DNA of 64,000 nucleotides from Coraliomargaritaceae bacterium (GTDB lineage: Bacteria > Verrucomicrobiota > Verrucomicrobiia > Opitutales > Coraliomargaritaceae), in contig CBFHKU010000004.1 of assembly GCA_965656495.1 (NCBI GenBank), positions 64,001-128,000 on the forward strand, read 5' to 3'. Below the pieces are notes generated by a model. The model did not search any database. It was not told the DNA's origin and saw only the letters and a list, made by a program, of their open reading frames with translations. Of this stretch, positions 11,888 through 21,104 are shown piece after piece (positions within the stretch are counted from its first letter, which is position 1; the number at the start of each line of letters is the position of its first letter). The translations under genes and the position numbers were made by a program.

Positions 11888-14623
11888 ATGACCTCCGCTG
11901 AGATCCGCCAGTCCTTTCTCGATTTTTTTGAATCCAAAGCGCACACCTCCGTGCCTTCGGCGTCCCTTATGCCGACTTCCCCGAATCTGCTTTTCACGAA
12001 CGCGGGGATGAATCAGTTTGTGCCTTTCTTCCTCGGTACCGAGAAGGCACCCTACTCGCCGCCGCGCGCCGCTGATACCCAGAAATGCATTCGCGCGGGC
12101 GGTAAACATAACGACCTTGAAGACGTGGGTTATGATACCTACCACCATACCTTCTTCGAAATGCTCGGGAATTGGTCCTTCGGCGATTACTTCAAGGCGG
12201 AGGCGATTGAATGGGGTTGGGAATTGTTAACTCAAGTTTGGGGATTTCCACCCGCCCGTCTTTACGCCACGGTTTACGCGCCCGGCGATGGCGATCCCGC
12301 CGAGTTCGATCAGGAAGCCTACGACCTTTGGAAGGTCTTGTTTGAGAAAGCAGGGCTCGACCCCGAGGTCCATATCATCAACGGCAACAAAAAGGACAAC
12401 TTCTGGATGATGGGTGAAACCGGCCCCTGCGGTCCCTGCTCCGAACTGCATGTTGACCTCACTCCCGAGGGCGACAGCAAGGGCGCCCTTGTGAACATGG
12501 ATTCCGACCTCTGTATCGAGATTTGGAACCTCGTCTTCATTCAATTCAACGCGAATGCCGACGGCACCTTCTCCGATCTTCCCGCCAAGCATGTCGATAC
12601 CGGCATGGGCTTTGAACGCGCCTGCTCCATCATCCAAAACACCAAAGGCCTCACCGATTTCTCGCAGAAACCCACCAACTACGCCACCGATGTTTTTCAG
12701 CCCCTCTTCCGCACCCTCGAATCCCTGAGCGGCAAAACCTATCAGGACATCTACCCCGCCGCCGATACCGAGCCGAGCCAAGCCCTCACCGAAGCGATCG
12801 CCTTCCGAGTGGTCGCCGACCATATCCGCACCCTCGCCTTCTCGATTGCCGACGGCATTCTCCCCGGCAACAACGGCCGCAACTACGTCCTCCGCCGCAT
12901 CCTTCGCCGCGCCGTCAAATACGGTCGCAACCTCGGCTTCGACGGTTCCGAACCCTTCCTCCCGAAATTGGTCGATACCCTCGTCGCGGAATTCAGCGCG
13001 GTCTTCCCGGAAATCAAGACCCGCGCCGCCGCGGTCAAAGAAACCCTCGCCGCCGAAGAAAGCAGCTTCAACAAGACCCTCGATCGCGGCCTCCAACTCT
13101 TTGAAAAGCAATGCCAGGACGGCGCGATCTCCGGCGAAGAAGCCTTCACCCTTTACGATACCTACGGTTTCCCGCTCGACCTCACCGAACTCCTCGCCCG
13201 CGAGCGGGGCCTTGAAGTCGATACCGCCGGTTTTGAAGCCTGCATGGAAACCCAACGCACCCGCGCCCGCGCCGCCCAAAAGAAGACCGTTGTCAAAGCG
13301 ATCGAGCTCGAGACCGACGCCCTCACGGAATTCCTCGGCTTCGATCACGACCACTGCGAGGCTCAAATCCTCGAAGTGCACACTCAGGACGGACAAGCAT
13401 GGATCATCCCCGACAAAACCGTTCTGTTTACCGAGATGGGCGGACAGGACGGCGACTGCGGCAGCCTCGAGATTGAGGGGGCACACTACCCGATTAGCGC
13501 GACCCAAAAAGCCGGTCACGCCGTGGCGCATATTTTGCAAGGCAAACTCCCCGAAGGAATCGCGGCGGGCGCAAAGGTTAAGCTCCACCTCGACCGCGAC
13601 CGCCGGGCGCCCATCGAAGCACACCACACCGCCACCCACCTCTTGCACTGGGCGCTCCATCAGCACGTCTCGCCCGACGCCACCCAGCAGGGCTCCAGCG
13701 TTTCTCCCGAACGCCTGCGCTTCGATTTCAATTCCAAAGCCCTCAATGCGGATCAGCTCGCAGCCCTCGAGACCGCCGTGAACACCTGCATCGAAAAAGC
13801 AGAAACCGTCTCCTGGAGCGAAGTCCCCCACGCTGAAGTCAAGGATCGCGCCGACGTGATGCAATTCTTTGGCGACAAATACGGCGAGCAGGTGCGGGTC
13901 GTTCAAATCGGCGGCACCGCCCATGCCCTCGACGGTTATTCCATGGAATTATGCGGCGGCACCCACGTGCGCAATACCAGCGAAATCGGCCCTTTTAAAA
14001 TAAAATCCGAAGGCGCAATTGCGGCGGGCATCCGTCGCATTGAAGCGCTCTGCGGTAAAGCCGCCGAAGACTACCTCAAGGAACAAGCGGCGCTGGAAGC
14101 AGACGCCAAAGCCCAACAACTTGAAAAAATCGAGCATCTGAACGCCGCGCTAGCGAAGCTCGGCCTCGACCCCCTTAAAATCCCGGCGGAAGCCAGCCCG
14201 GAAGCGCTTAAAGCACTGGCGGTCGAAGCCGACAAAGCGCTCAAGAAGGCACAGGCCTCCGCGGCTGCCGGTCAAGCGAACGCCCTCCTCGACGCTGCCC
14301 GCACCGGCGATAACGGCGTGAAGGTGCTGGTGGCGGTCGTCGAAGCACCCGACCCCAACGCCCTTAAGACCATGACCAGCCACCTCGCCGGACAACTGGG
14401 CGAATCCCTCGTGGTGCTCGGAGCGGCCTTCGATGGCAAAGTAAGCCTTTGCGCCCAGGCGAGTCCCGCCGCGATTGCCGCCGGACACGAAGCCGGCACC
14501 ATCATTCGCGAGCTCACCGGAAAACTCGGCGGCAAGGGCGGCGGCAAACCGAACTTCGCAATGGGCGGCGCCCCCGACAACCGCGCACTCGCGGAAGTCC
14601 TCGCGGCCTTTGAACCGTCCTAG
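11888..14623 (+). CDS. alaS: Alanine--tRNA ligase
   Basis: LLFTNAGMNQF, HHTFFEMLGNWSFGDYFK, HTATHLLH, ELCGGTH, GGKGGGKP. Confidence 0.98.
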   Translation: MTSAEIRQSFLDFFESKAHTSVPSASLMPTSPNLLFTNAGMNQFVPFFLGTEKAPYSPPRAADTQKCIRAGGKHNDLEDVGYDTYHHTFFEMLGNWSFGDYFKAEAIEWGWELLTQVWGFPPARLYATVYAPGDGDPAEFDQEAYDLWKVLFEKAGLDPEVHIINGNKKDNFWMMGETGPCGPCSELHVDLTPEGDSKGALVNMDSDLCIEIWNLVFIQFNANADGTFSDLPAKHVDTGMGFERACSIIQNTKGLTDFSQKPTNYATDVFQPLFRTLESLSGKTYQDIYPAADTEPSQALTEAIAFRVVADHIRTLAFSIADGILPGNNGRNYVLRRILRRAVKYGRNLGFDGSEPFLPKLVDTLVAEFSAVFPEIKTRAAAVKETLAAEESSFNKTLDRGLQLFEKQCQDGAISGEEAFTLYDTYGFPLDLTELLARERGLEVDTAGFEACMETQRTRARAAQKKTVVKAIELETDALTEFLGFDHDHCEAQILEVHTQDGQAWIIPDKTVLFTEMGGQDGDCGSLEIEGAHYPISATQKAGHAVAHILQGKLPEGIAAGAKVKLHLDRDRRAPIEAHHTATHLLHWALHQHVSPDATQQGSSVSPERLRFDFNSKALNADQLAALETAVNTCIEKAETVSWSEVPHAEVKDRADVMQFFGDKYGEQVRVVQIGGTAHALDGYSMELCGGTHVRNTSEIGPFKIKSEGAIAAGIRRIEALCGKAAEDYLKEQAALEADAKAQQLEKIEHLNAALAKLGLDPLKIPAEASPEALKALAVEADKALKKAQASAAAGQANALLDAARTGDNGVKVLVAVVEAPDPNALKTMTSHLAGQLGESLVVLGAAFDGKVSLCAQASPAAIAAGHEAGTIIRELTGKLGGKGGGKPNFAMGGAPDNRALAEVLAAFEPS

Positions 14624-15093
14624 CGCCCCCGCATATCGCGCTCCGCTTCGCGCATCGCGACCTTGCGTTTGAGGGTCTCGCGCTTGTCGTGGAGTTTCTT
14701 ACCGGTACAGAGCGCGATCTCGACCTTGATGAGGCCATGCTTCATAAATACCCGCAGGGGGACAAGGGTTTTGCCGCCCTGTTCAATCGCCCCGAGGAGT
14801 TTATCGATCTCGCGGCGGTGCAGGAGGAGTTTGCGTTTGCGGCGGGGTTCGTGGTTTTGAAGGTTCCCGAATTTGTATTCCCCGATGTGGCTGTTGTAGA
14901 GCCAGACCTGCCCTTTTTCGATTCGGCAAAAGGATTCCCCGATTTGGGCATTGCCCTCACGGATCGCCTTCACCTCCGTGCCGAGCAGGACAACCCCCGC
15001 CTCAAAGCGATCGCCCACGAAGTAATTGTGCGTGGCTTTGGCGTTGCGGACTTCCCGATAACGGGAATCGCTGGATTTTTTTTTGGCAGACAC
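14620..15093 (-). CDS. smpB: SsrA-binding protein
   Basis: FEAGVVLLGTEVKAIR, RKRKLLLHRREI, GKKLHDKRE; GTG start. Confidence 0.97.
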   Translation of the reverse strand: MSAKKKSSDSRYREVRNAKATHNYFVGDRFEAGVVLLGTEVKAIREGNAQIGESFCRIEKGQVWLYNSHIGEYKFGNLQNHEPRRKRKLLLHRREIDKLLGAIEQGGKTLVPLRVFMKHGLIKVEIALCTGKKLHDKRETLKRKVAMREAERDMRGR

Positions 15094-15202
15094 GGTGAAA
15101 GGAGTTGGGCGAAGCTAAGCAGGACAAACTCAGAATCGCAAGCACGCGCACTGCCGCACTTGAAATGCCCGCCAGTGAAAGGGTCGAGTGACCGCCGCGC
15201 GG

Positions 15203-15421
15203 CTAAACTGCCGCTTCGTCTTCGGTCTCGTCGAGCTGATAGGTGATCTTGCCCTCGATGATTTCACGCAGGGCCATATCCTCGGCGGACAGGCGCTCCA
15301 ATGACTCAATCAGGGGCTTGTAACCGCTTTTAAGCTGTTTGGCGCGGCGTGAAACAACATTGATCAGGATCATAGGATCGGTGATCACCTGCTGTGCTTG
15401 GTGTAGGTAGTCGTCTCTCAA
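15203..15421 (-). CDS. rpoZ: RNA polymerase omega subunit
   Basis: LINVVSRRAKQL...ALREIIEGKI; TTG start. Confidence 0.88.
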   Translation of the reverse strand: MRDDYLHQAQQVITDPMILINVVSRRAKQLKSGYKPLIESLERLSAEDMALREIIEGKITYQLDETEDEAAV

Positions 15422-15569
15422 AGGTATAGTCTCCGCTGTAGGTTGAAATTAAAGAATGTTTGAAAATGAAGCTGTAAACTCGTTTGGCAATAACAATTTG
15501 TGCACTTAATTAACGGTTGAAGATGAATCCGGCTCGACCCAGAGACCATAAAAAGCACACTTGGAAACC

Positions 15570-17114
15570 ATGAGTGAGGCTCCACTATATAATTGGCTCA
15601 ATGAACGCGCGGCGGGGGTCTTGCTGCACCCGACCTCCCTGCCCTCGCCCACCGGGATTGGTAATTTTGGGCAGAGCGCGTATCAGTTCGTCGATTTACT
15701 TGCGGATAGCGGCTTGAGCATTTGGCAGCTATGCCCGCTTGGGCCGACCGGATATGGCGATTCGCCCTATCAATGTTTTTCGGCCTTTGCGGGGAATCCC
15801 TATTTGATTGATTGCGTCCCATTGCTGGAGGCGGGCTTGGTGCAGTCTGAGGATTTGGAGGGCTTGCGCGGGCTTTCGGCACAACGTTGTGACTTTGGCG
15901 CGCTCTACGAGCGCTTCTGGCCGGTGCTGGAAACAGCGCATCGCCGTTTCGTGGCGAGTGCGGCGGGCAGCGTTCTGGATTACGGTTCCTTTGAGGCATT
16001 TTGCTCCGATGAGGCTGCCTGGCTTGAAAGCTACAGCGTGTTCATGGGCCTGAAGGCGCATTTCGGGGGCAAGTGCTGGCTCGAGTGGCCGGAGGAATTT
16101 CGCGATGCGAAGCAGAGCGCAAAAGGCACCCTACCCGCCGAAGCCGAAGCCGCGAAGGAACTGCATGCCTTCGCGCAATACCTCTTCAGCGCCCAGTATA
16201 AAAAGTTTCGTTCTTATGCCGCCAAAAAGGGCGTCCGGATCATGGGCGACCTTCCGATCTTCGTGGCGCTCGACAGCGCCGACGTCTGGGCAAACCGAGC
16301 GCTCTTTCAACTCAATAAGGACGGCCATCCCCGCTCGGTGGCAGGGGTACCGCCCGATTATTTCGCAGCGGACGGTCAGCTTTGGGGCAATCCGCTCTTC
16401 GAATGGTCGGTGCACAAAGCGGAGGGCTTCGCCTGGTGGCTGGAGCGCATCGAAGCAAACCTCGCACTCTACGACTTCCTCCGGATCGATCACTTCCGGG
16501 GCTTTGAATCCTACTGGGCGGTACCGGGGGATGCGGAAACAGCACGTAAGGGAAACTGGGAGCCCGCCCCCGGCTTGGCACTCTTTCAAGCAATCGCGAA
16601 AGCCTTCCCCGAAGCGCGCATCATCGCAGAAGACTTGGGCGTCATCACGCCCGAGGTCGAGGCCCTGCTGGCGGCGACCGGTCTGCCGGGCATGGCAGTG
16701 CTGCAATTTGCCTTTGGAGGGGAAGCGGACAATGCCTACCTGCCGCACAACCTCCGCCAGAACACGGTGCTCTATACCGGTACCCACGACAACGACACCA
16801 GCCTCGGCTGGTATGCGCAGACCGATTCAACAACGCGCGACCACGTGCGGCGTTATTATGGTATTTCCGGTGAAAACATTGGCTGGGATCTCATTCGCTC
16901 GGCACTGCGCTCCAGCGCGAAGCTCGCGATCCTCCCGCTGCAGGACCTCCTCAGTCTTGGCTCTGAGGCGCGTCTCAACACCCCCGGTCAAGCGCAGGGC
17001 AATTGGCAATGGCGGGTGCATCCTGAACAACTCCTGCAATTCCGTAATGAGAGTGGCGCCTACCTCAAGGAACTGAACGCGCTTTACGGGCGCTTGCCCC
17101 CATCAGGCCCATAG
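15570..17114 (+). CDS. malQ: 4-alpha-glucanotransferase (GH77)
   Basis: GVLLHPTSLP, GDLPIFV, RIDHFRGF, IAEDLG, YTGTHDNDT. Confidence 0.96.
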   Translation: MSEAPLYNWLNERAAGVLLHPTSLPSPTGIGNFGQSAYQFVDLLADSGLSIWQLCPLGPTGYGDSPYQCFSAFAGNPYLIDCVPLLEAGLVQSEDLEGLRGLSAQRCDFGALYERFWPVLETAHRRFVASAAGSVLDYGSFEAFCSDEAAWLESYSVFMGLKAHFGGKCWLEWPEEFRDAKQSAKGTLPAEAEAAKELHAFAQYLFSAQYKKFRSYAAKKGVRIMGDLPIFVALDSADVWANRALFQLNKDGHPRSVAGVPPDYFAADGQLWGNPLFEWSVHKAEGFAWWLERIEANLALYDFLRIDHFRGFESYWAVPGDAETARKGNWEPAPGLALFQAIAKAFPEARIIAEDLGVITPEVEALLAATGLPGMAVLQFAFGGEADNAYLPHNLRQNTVLYTGTHDNDTSLGWYAQTDSTTRDHVRRYYGISGENIGWDLIRSALRSSAKLAILPLQDLLSLGSEARLNTPGQAQGNWQWRVHPEQLLQFRNESGAYLKELNALYGRLPPSGP

Positions 17115-17525
17115 GCCGAGGAAAAAGACCCCGGTCCATGCCGCGGTGCGAATCCAATTGGTGAGGACCAGTCGTCGAATCATCGCTGCATCAAAACCGG
17201 ACTTCTGAAGGGCACGGTGCGCCGGCACGGAAAACACTGCGGTGGCGAGCCACGCCAGCGCCACGAGCGCCGCCGCCGTTACGTGGAATAGGTTCACCTC
17301 GAGCCACAACTGCAGCCCGATCAAGAACGGCTGGGTCAGCATCAGCGGCCCCACGATGAAGCCCATGCGGTTCATGTAGGATTCATGCCATTGCGGGAAG
17401 GCCTCGGGGCGCAGGTGTGCAAAGCCGGGATAAATCGTGAGCTGCACCAACCAGATCAGCACCAGCATGCCCAAATCCACGCAACGCCGGATCGCGTCGA
17501 GATCATTGAGCCAGTCGATTTCCAT
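17103..17525 (-). CDS. Hypothetical membrane protein
   Basis: About four hydrophobic segments; LIWLVQLTIYP, NWIRTAAW. Confidence 0.7.
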   Translation of the reverse strand: MEIDWLNDLDAIRRCVDLGMLVLIWLVQLTIYPGFAHLRPEAFPQWHESYMNRMGFIVGPLMLTQPFLIGLQLWLEVNLFHVTAAALVALAWLATAVFSVPAHRALQKSGFDAAMIRRLVLTNWIRTAAWTGVFFLGLWA

Positions 17526-17529
17526 TGGA

Positions 17530-18546
17530 TTAGTGCTTTACGAGGCCACGGTCGTGCAACAACTCCGCGATTTGAACAGCGTTGAGGGCGGCGCCCTTCC
17601 AGATTTGGTCACCGGTCACCCACAGCGCCAAACCGTTCTCAAAGACGCGGTCCCGCCGGATGCGCCCCACCCCGCAAGGTATCACCTCGGAATACTCAAG
17701 CGGCATGGGATAACGGCCCTGCTCGGGATCGTCCACCAATTCCGCGCCTTCAAAACCTACAATCGCTTCACGGGCTGCCTCGACCGAAACCGGGCGCTCG
17801 AATTCCGCGCTGATCGAGATGCTGTGTGCCCGGAAGACCGGCACCCGCACGCAGGTACAAGTGACTTCCAAGTCGCCCAAGCCGAGTATCTTGCGGCCCT
17901 CGTTGAGCATTTTCATCTCTTCACGCGTGTAGCCATCTTCCAGAAAAGCATCGACATGCGGAATGAGGTTAAAGGCGATTTGATGGGGATAGACTTCCTT
18001 CTGTAGGGTCTCGCCCTTCGCCCAGGCACGGGTCTGTTGCTCCAGCTCGATGAGCCCGCCCGCCCCGCTACCAGAGACGGCCTGATAGGTGGACGCAATG
18101 AAACGCTTCAGGCCAAAAGCCTGATGTAAGGGATAGAGTCCCATCAAGGCAATCGCAGTGGAGCAATTGGGGTTTGCAATGATGCCCTTGTGCGCCTCGA
18201 CCGCCTCGGGATTAATTTCCGGGACGACCAGCGGCACTTCCGGGTCATTGCGAAACGCGGAACTGTTATCGACCACAATGCACCCGCTCGCGACCGCTGC
18301 TTGCGCGAAGGCGTTCGACTGCGAACCGCCCGCGCTGAAAATACAAATATCGAGATCTTTGAAGCTCGCCTCGGTCGCTTCTTCGATGACCCAGCTGCGG
18401 CCCTCGTAACTAATGCTTTTGCCCGCCGAACGGGCGGACGCGAGCAGGCGCAAATCCGACATTGGAAAGTTGCGTTCATGCAACAACCTAATGAGTTCTT
18501 GACCGACCGCACCGGTCGCTCCGAGGATGCCTATAGAATATGCCAT
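17530..18546 (-). CDS. asd: Aspartate-semialdehyde dehydrogenase
   Basis: GATGAVG, VDNSSAFR, IANPNCST, YQAVSGSG, KGAALNAVQIAE. Confidence 0.97.
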   Translation of the reverse strand: MAYSIGILGATGAVGQELIRLLHERNFPMSDLRLLASARSAGKSISYEGRSWVIEEATEASFKDLDICIFSAGGSQSNAFAQAAVASGCIVVDNSSAFRNDPEVPLVVPEINPEAVEAHKGIIANPNCSTAIALMGLYPLHQAFGLKRFIASTYQAVSGSGAGGLIELEQQTRAWAKGETLQKEVYPHQIAFNLIPHVDAFLEDGYTREEMKMLNEGRKILGLGDLEVTCTCVRVPVFRAHSISISAEFERPVSVEAAREAIVGFEGAELVDDPEQGRYPMPLEYSEVIPCGVGRIRRDRVFENGLALWVTGDQIWKGAALNAVQIAELLHDRGLVKH

Positions 18547-19088
18547 TCGATTTAAATCAGGAGAAAGCTAACCTAGAGCAAAGCTGCACAGCCTTGTCAA
18601 TCATACCCACCCCGCGGGTTTTGATTGTCAGCATCGGTCAACAAAAGCTCTATTACCTTTCCGGCGAACAAGAGGCAGCGGTCCTGCCGATCTCGACCTC
18701 CAAAAACCCGCCGTCCTGCATAGCGGAATCGTATGGCACGCCCCTGGGTCTGCACGCGATTGCGGATCGCATCGGTGAGGGGGAAGCGGAAGGGACGGTT
18801 TTTAAAGGCCGCGTTCCGCAGGGGCATTACCGCGATTTACCCGAAGCGGAGCAGTCCCGAAATCTGATCACCTCCCGCATTCTGCGCCTGCGGGGTCTGC
18901 AAGCGGGAAAAAACTGCGGGCGGGGTTGCGATTCGTATGACCGCTACATCTATATACACGGCACGAATCACGAAGACCGGATCGGTGAACCCTTCAGCGG
19001 GGGTTGCATCGAACTGCGAAACAAGGCTATGATTCAGCTATTCAATGAAGTGGCGACTGGCGACCTCGTATGGATTACCTTAAACTAA
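18540..19088 (+). CDS. L,D-transpeptidase (YkuD) family protein
   Basis: TPLGLH and YIYIHGT...SGGCIEL (His/Cys catalytic motif). Confidence 0.85.
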   Translation: MPFDLNQEKANLEQSCTALSIIPTPRVLIVSIGQQKLYYLSGEQEAAVLPISTSKNPPSCIAESYGTPLGLHAIADRIGEGEAEGTVFKGRVPQGHYRDLPEAEQSRNLITSRILRLRGLQAGKNCGRGCDSYDRYIYIHGTNHEDRIGEPFSGGCIELRNKAMIQLFNEVATGDLVWITLN

Positions 19089-19098
19089 AATTTTAAAT

Positions 19099-19620
19099 AT
19101 GTCCGACGAATCCAATCATCCATCCTGGTTTTGCCTGAAAACCCAAACAAAGCGCGAACACATTGCCGCCGGGATGCTTGCGGGGCAATATGAAGTGGAG
19201 GTCTTCTGCCCGCGCATCAGTCAGATCAAAAAGACCCGCGCCGGGAAAAAACGGTTCACGGAAGCGCTCTTCCCGAGCTACATCTTCGCCCGCTTTCATT
19301 ACGAGACCCAGTTCCGAAAAATCATGCACGCGCAAGGCGTGCTCCAGATTGTCGCGACCGGGGATCGCCGCGTCATTCCCGAGCATATTATCGATTCCCT
19401 CAAAGCGAGCCTACCGGAGGACGTCATCGAAGCGCCCGACCTGAGCATTGAACCCGGCGCGGAAATCGAAATTCTAACGGGCTCCCTCAAGGGCTTGAAC
19501 GGCAAGGTCCTCGCAGCTATGCCCGCAAAAAAACGAGTGGAGGTACTCCTCGATTTTCTGGGCCGCGAGATCACGGTGGCGATTCATCCGGACGATGTAA
19601 TCCTGAAGGAAAAGGATTAG
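19099..19620 (+). CDS. NusG/RfaH-family transcription antiterminator
   Basis: WFCLKT..., EALFPSYIFARF, KOW-like C-terminus, RVEVLLDFLGRE. Confidence 0.85.
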   Translation: MSDESNHPSWFCLKTQTKREHIAAGMLAGQYEVEVFCPRISQIKKTRAGKKRFTEALFPSYIFARFHYETQFRKIMHAQGVLQIVATGDRRVIPEHIIDSLKASLPEDVIEAPDLSIEPGAEIEILTGSLKGLNGKVLAAMPAKKRVEVLLDFLGREITVAIHPDDVILKEKD

Positions 19621-19629
19621 AGCGCTGCC

Positions 19630-21099
19630 CTAGCCTTCGCTTTCAATCAATTTTCGCAGAATTTCGTCGAGGGTGGCGGGATTTGCCTGACCCTTGGTTG
19701 CTTTCATGACCGGTCCCTTCAAGGCGTTGAGGGCTTTGGCGTTGCCCTCCTTAAACTGCGCCACCGCCTTGGCATTACCCGCGATGGCCTCGCGGCAGAG
19801 CGCTTCGATTTCATCGGAGTTATCGCTTTGTTCCAGACCTTCCTTTTCGACGATTGCGGCGGGCATCTCACCACTGGCATACATCGCCGCAAAAACCTCC
19901 TTACCGATTTGCTTCGTGATCACACCCTCCTCAATGAGTTTCGCCAATTCCGCGATGTGCGCCGGAGTGAGCGGGCAATCCGTGATTGAAAGGGCACTTT
20001 CCCCGTGGGCGGCACTCGCGGAGAGTTCGCGCAGCAAATCGTTGGCGATGTAATTGGCGATCGCTTTGGGGGCGTCGTGAACCGCGAGCGCTGCCTCGAA
20101 GAAGGCAGACAATTCCGGATCCGGACAGAGCACCGAGGTGATCGTAAAGGGCAAACCCAGTGCTTCCTGAAAACGGCGTTGTTTATCGTAGGGCCGCTCG
20201 GGGAGTTCCGCCTCGATTGCTGCAACGCGGGCACGGTCGAGGCGCACCGGCATGAGGTCGGGGTCCGGGAAATAACGGTAGTCGTGCGCTTCCTCTTTAC
20301 TGCGAAGCGAGCTGCTGCTGCCTTTTTCGGCATTCCAGCGGCGGGTCTCCTGCGTGATGCTTTCCCCCGCATCGAGCAATTCCGCCTGCCGCGCGATTTC
20401 GTATTCAATCGCGGCCCGCACGTTTGAAATGGAATTGAGATTTTTCATCTCGGTGCGGGTTCCAAGTTGTTCGCTACCGGCGGGCTTGAGGGAAACATTG
20501 GCATCACAGCGCAATTGCCCCTTTTCCATGTCGCAATCCGAGACCCCGGTGTAATGGATCAATTGGATAAGGGCGTTGAGGAAGGCAACCGCTTCCTCCG
20601 AGGAATGGAGGTCGGGTTCGGTCACGATTTCCGCGAGGGGTACCCCGGCGCGATTGAAATCAATGACGGTATCGAAGGCCTCGTGGCTGAGTTTGCCGGG
20701 GTCTTCCTCCAAGTGAATCCGGTTGAGTTTTACGCTGCGGTGTTCGCCCTGCACATTCCGCGAGGGGCCGGGCAACTCGATCTCAACGAGCCCCCCCAGG
20801 CAAAGCGGTTCCTCGTTTTGCGTGAGCTGATAGTTCTTCGGGGAGTCGGGATAAAAGTAATTTTTGCGGTCCCATTTACAGACTTCTGCGATTTCACACC
20901 CGAGCATGAGGCCCAACTTCGCGCAGGCCTCAATCGCGGCGTGGTTGAGCACCGGCAAGGTTCCCGGCAGACCCAGCACCACTGCGTCGGTCAGGGTATT
21001 GGGTTCCGCGCCGTAGCTATAGGGCGCCGCGGTGAACATCTTCGTGCGCGTTTTGAGCTGCACGTGGATTTCAAGACCGATGACTACGTCGTATTCCAT
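19630..21099 (-). CDS. gatB: Asp/Glu-tRNA amidotransferase subunit B
   Basis: VIGLEIHVQL, RKNYFYPD, LRCDANVS, DYRYFPDPDL. Confidence 0.97.
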   Translation of the reverse strand: MEYDVVIGLEIHVQLKTRTKMFTAAPYSYGAEPNTLTDAVVLGLPGTLPVLNHAAIEACAKLGLMLGCEIAEVCKWDRKNYFYPDSPKNYQLTQNEEPLCLGGLVEIELPGPSRNVQGEHRSVKLNRIHLEEDPGKLSHEAFDTVIDFNRAGVPLAEIVTEPDLHSSEEAVAFLNALIQLIHYTGVSDCDMEKGQLRCDANVSLKPAGSEQLGTRTEMKNLNSISNVRAAIEYEIARQAELLDAGESITQETRRWNAEKGSSSSLRSKEEAHDYRYFPDPDLMPVRLDRARVAAIEAELPERPYDKQRRFQEALGLPFTITSVLCPDPELSAFFEAALAVHDAPKAIANYIANDLLRELSASAAHGESALSITDCPLTPAHIAELAKLIEEGVITKQIGKEVFAAMYASGEMPAAIVEKEGLEQSDNSDEIEALCREAIAGNAKAVAQFKEGNAKALNALKGPVMKATKGQANPATLDEILRKLIESEG

Positions 21100-21104
21100 G
21101 ATTC

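Noticed and set aside
10808..11924. Tandem repeats read as a CRISPR array or a pure assembly artefact
   Set aside because: Units are 296/540 bp with no unique spacers. Copies carry distinct SNPs and one has 244 extra bp, which argues against simple duplication by the assembler; read-level confirmation is still needed.
12227..13924. 565-aa antisense ORF in alaS, and similar ones opposite metF, leuB, nadE and hemL
   Set aside because: No recognisable motifs; expected from strong C-ending codon usage that removes antisense stops.
14620..15200. tmRNA near smpB
   Set aside because: No tRNA-like ends or tag reading frame found in the adjacent intergenic DNA.
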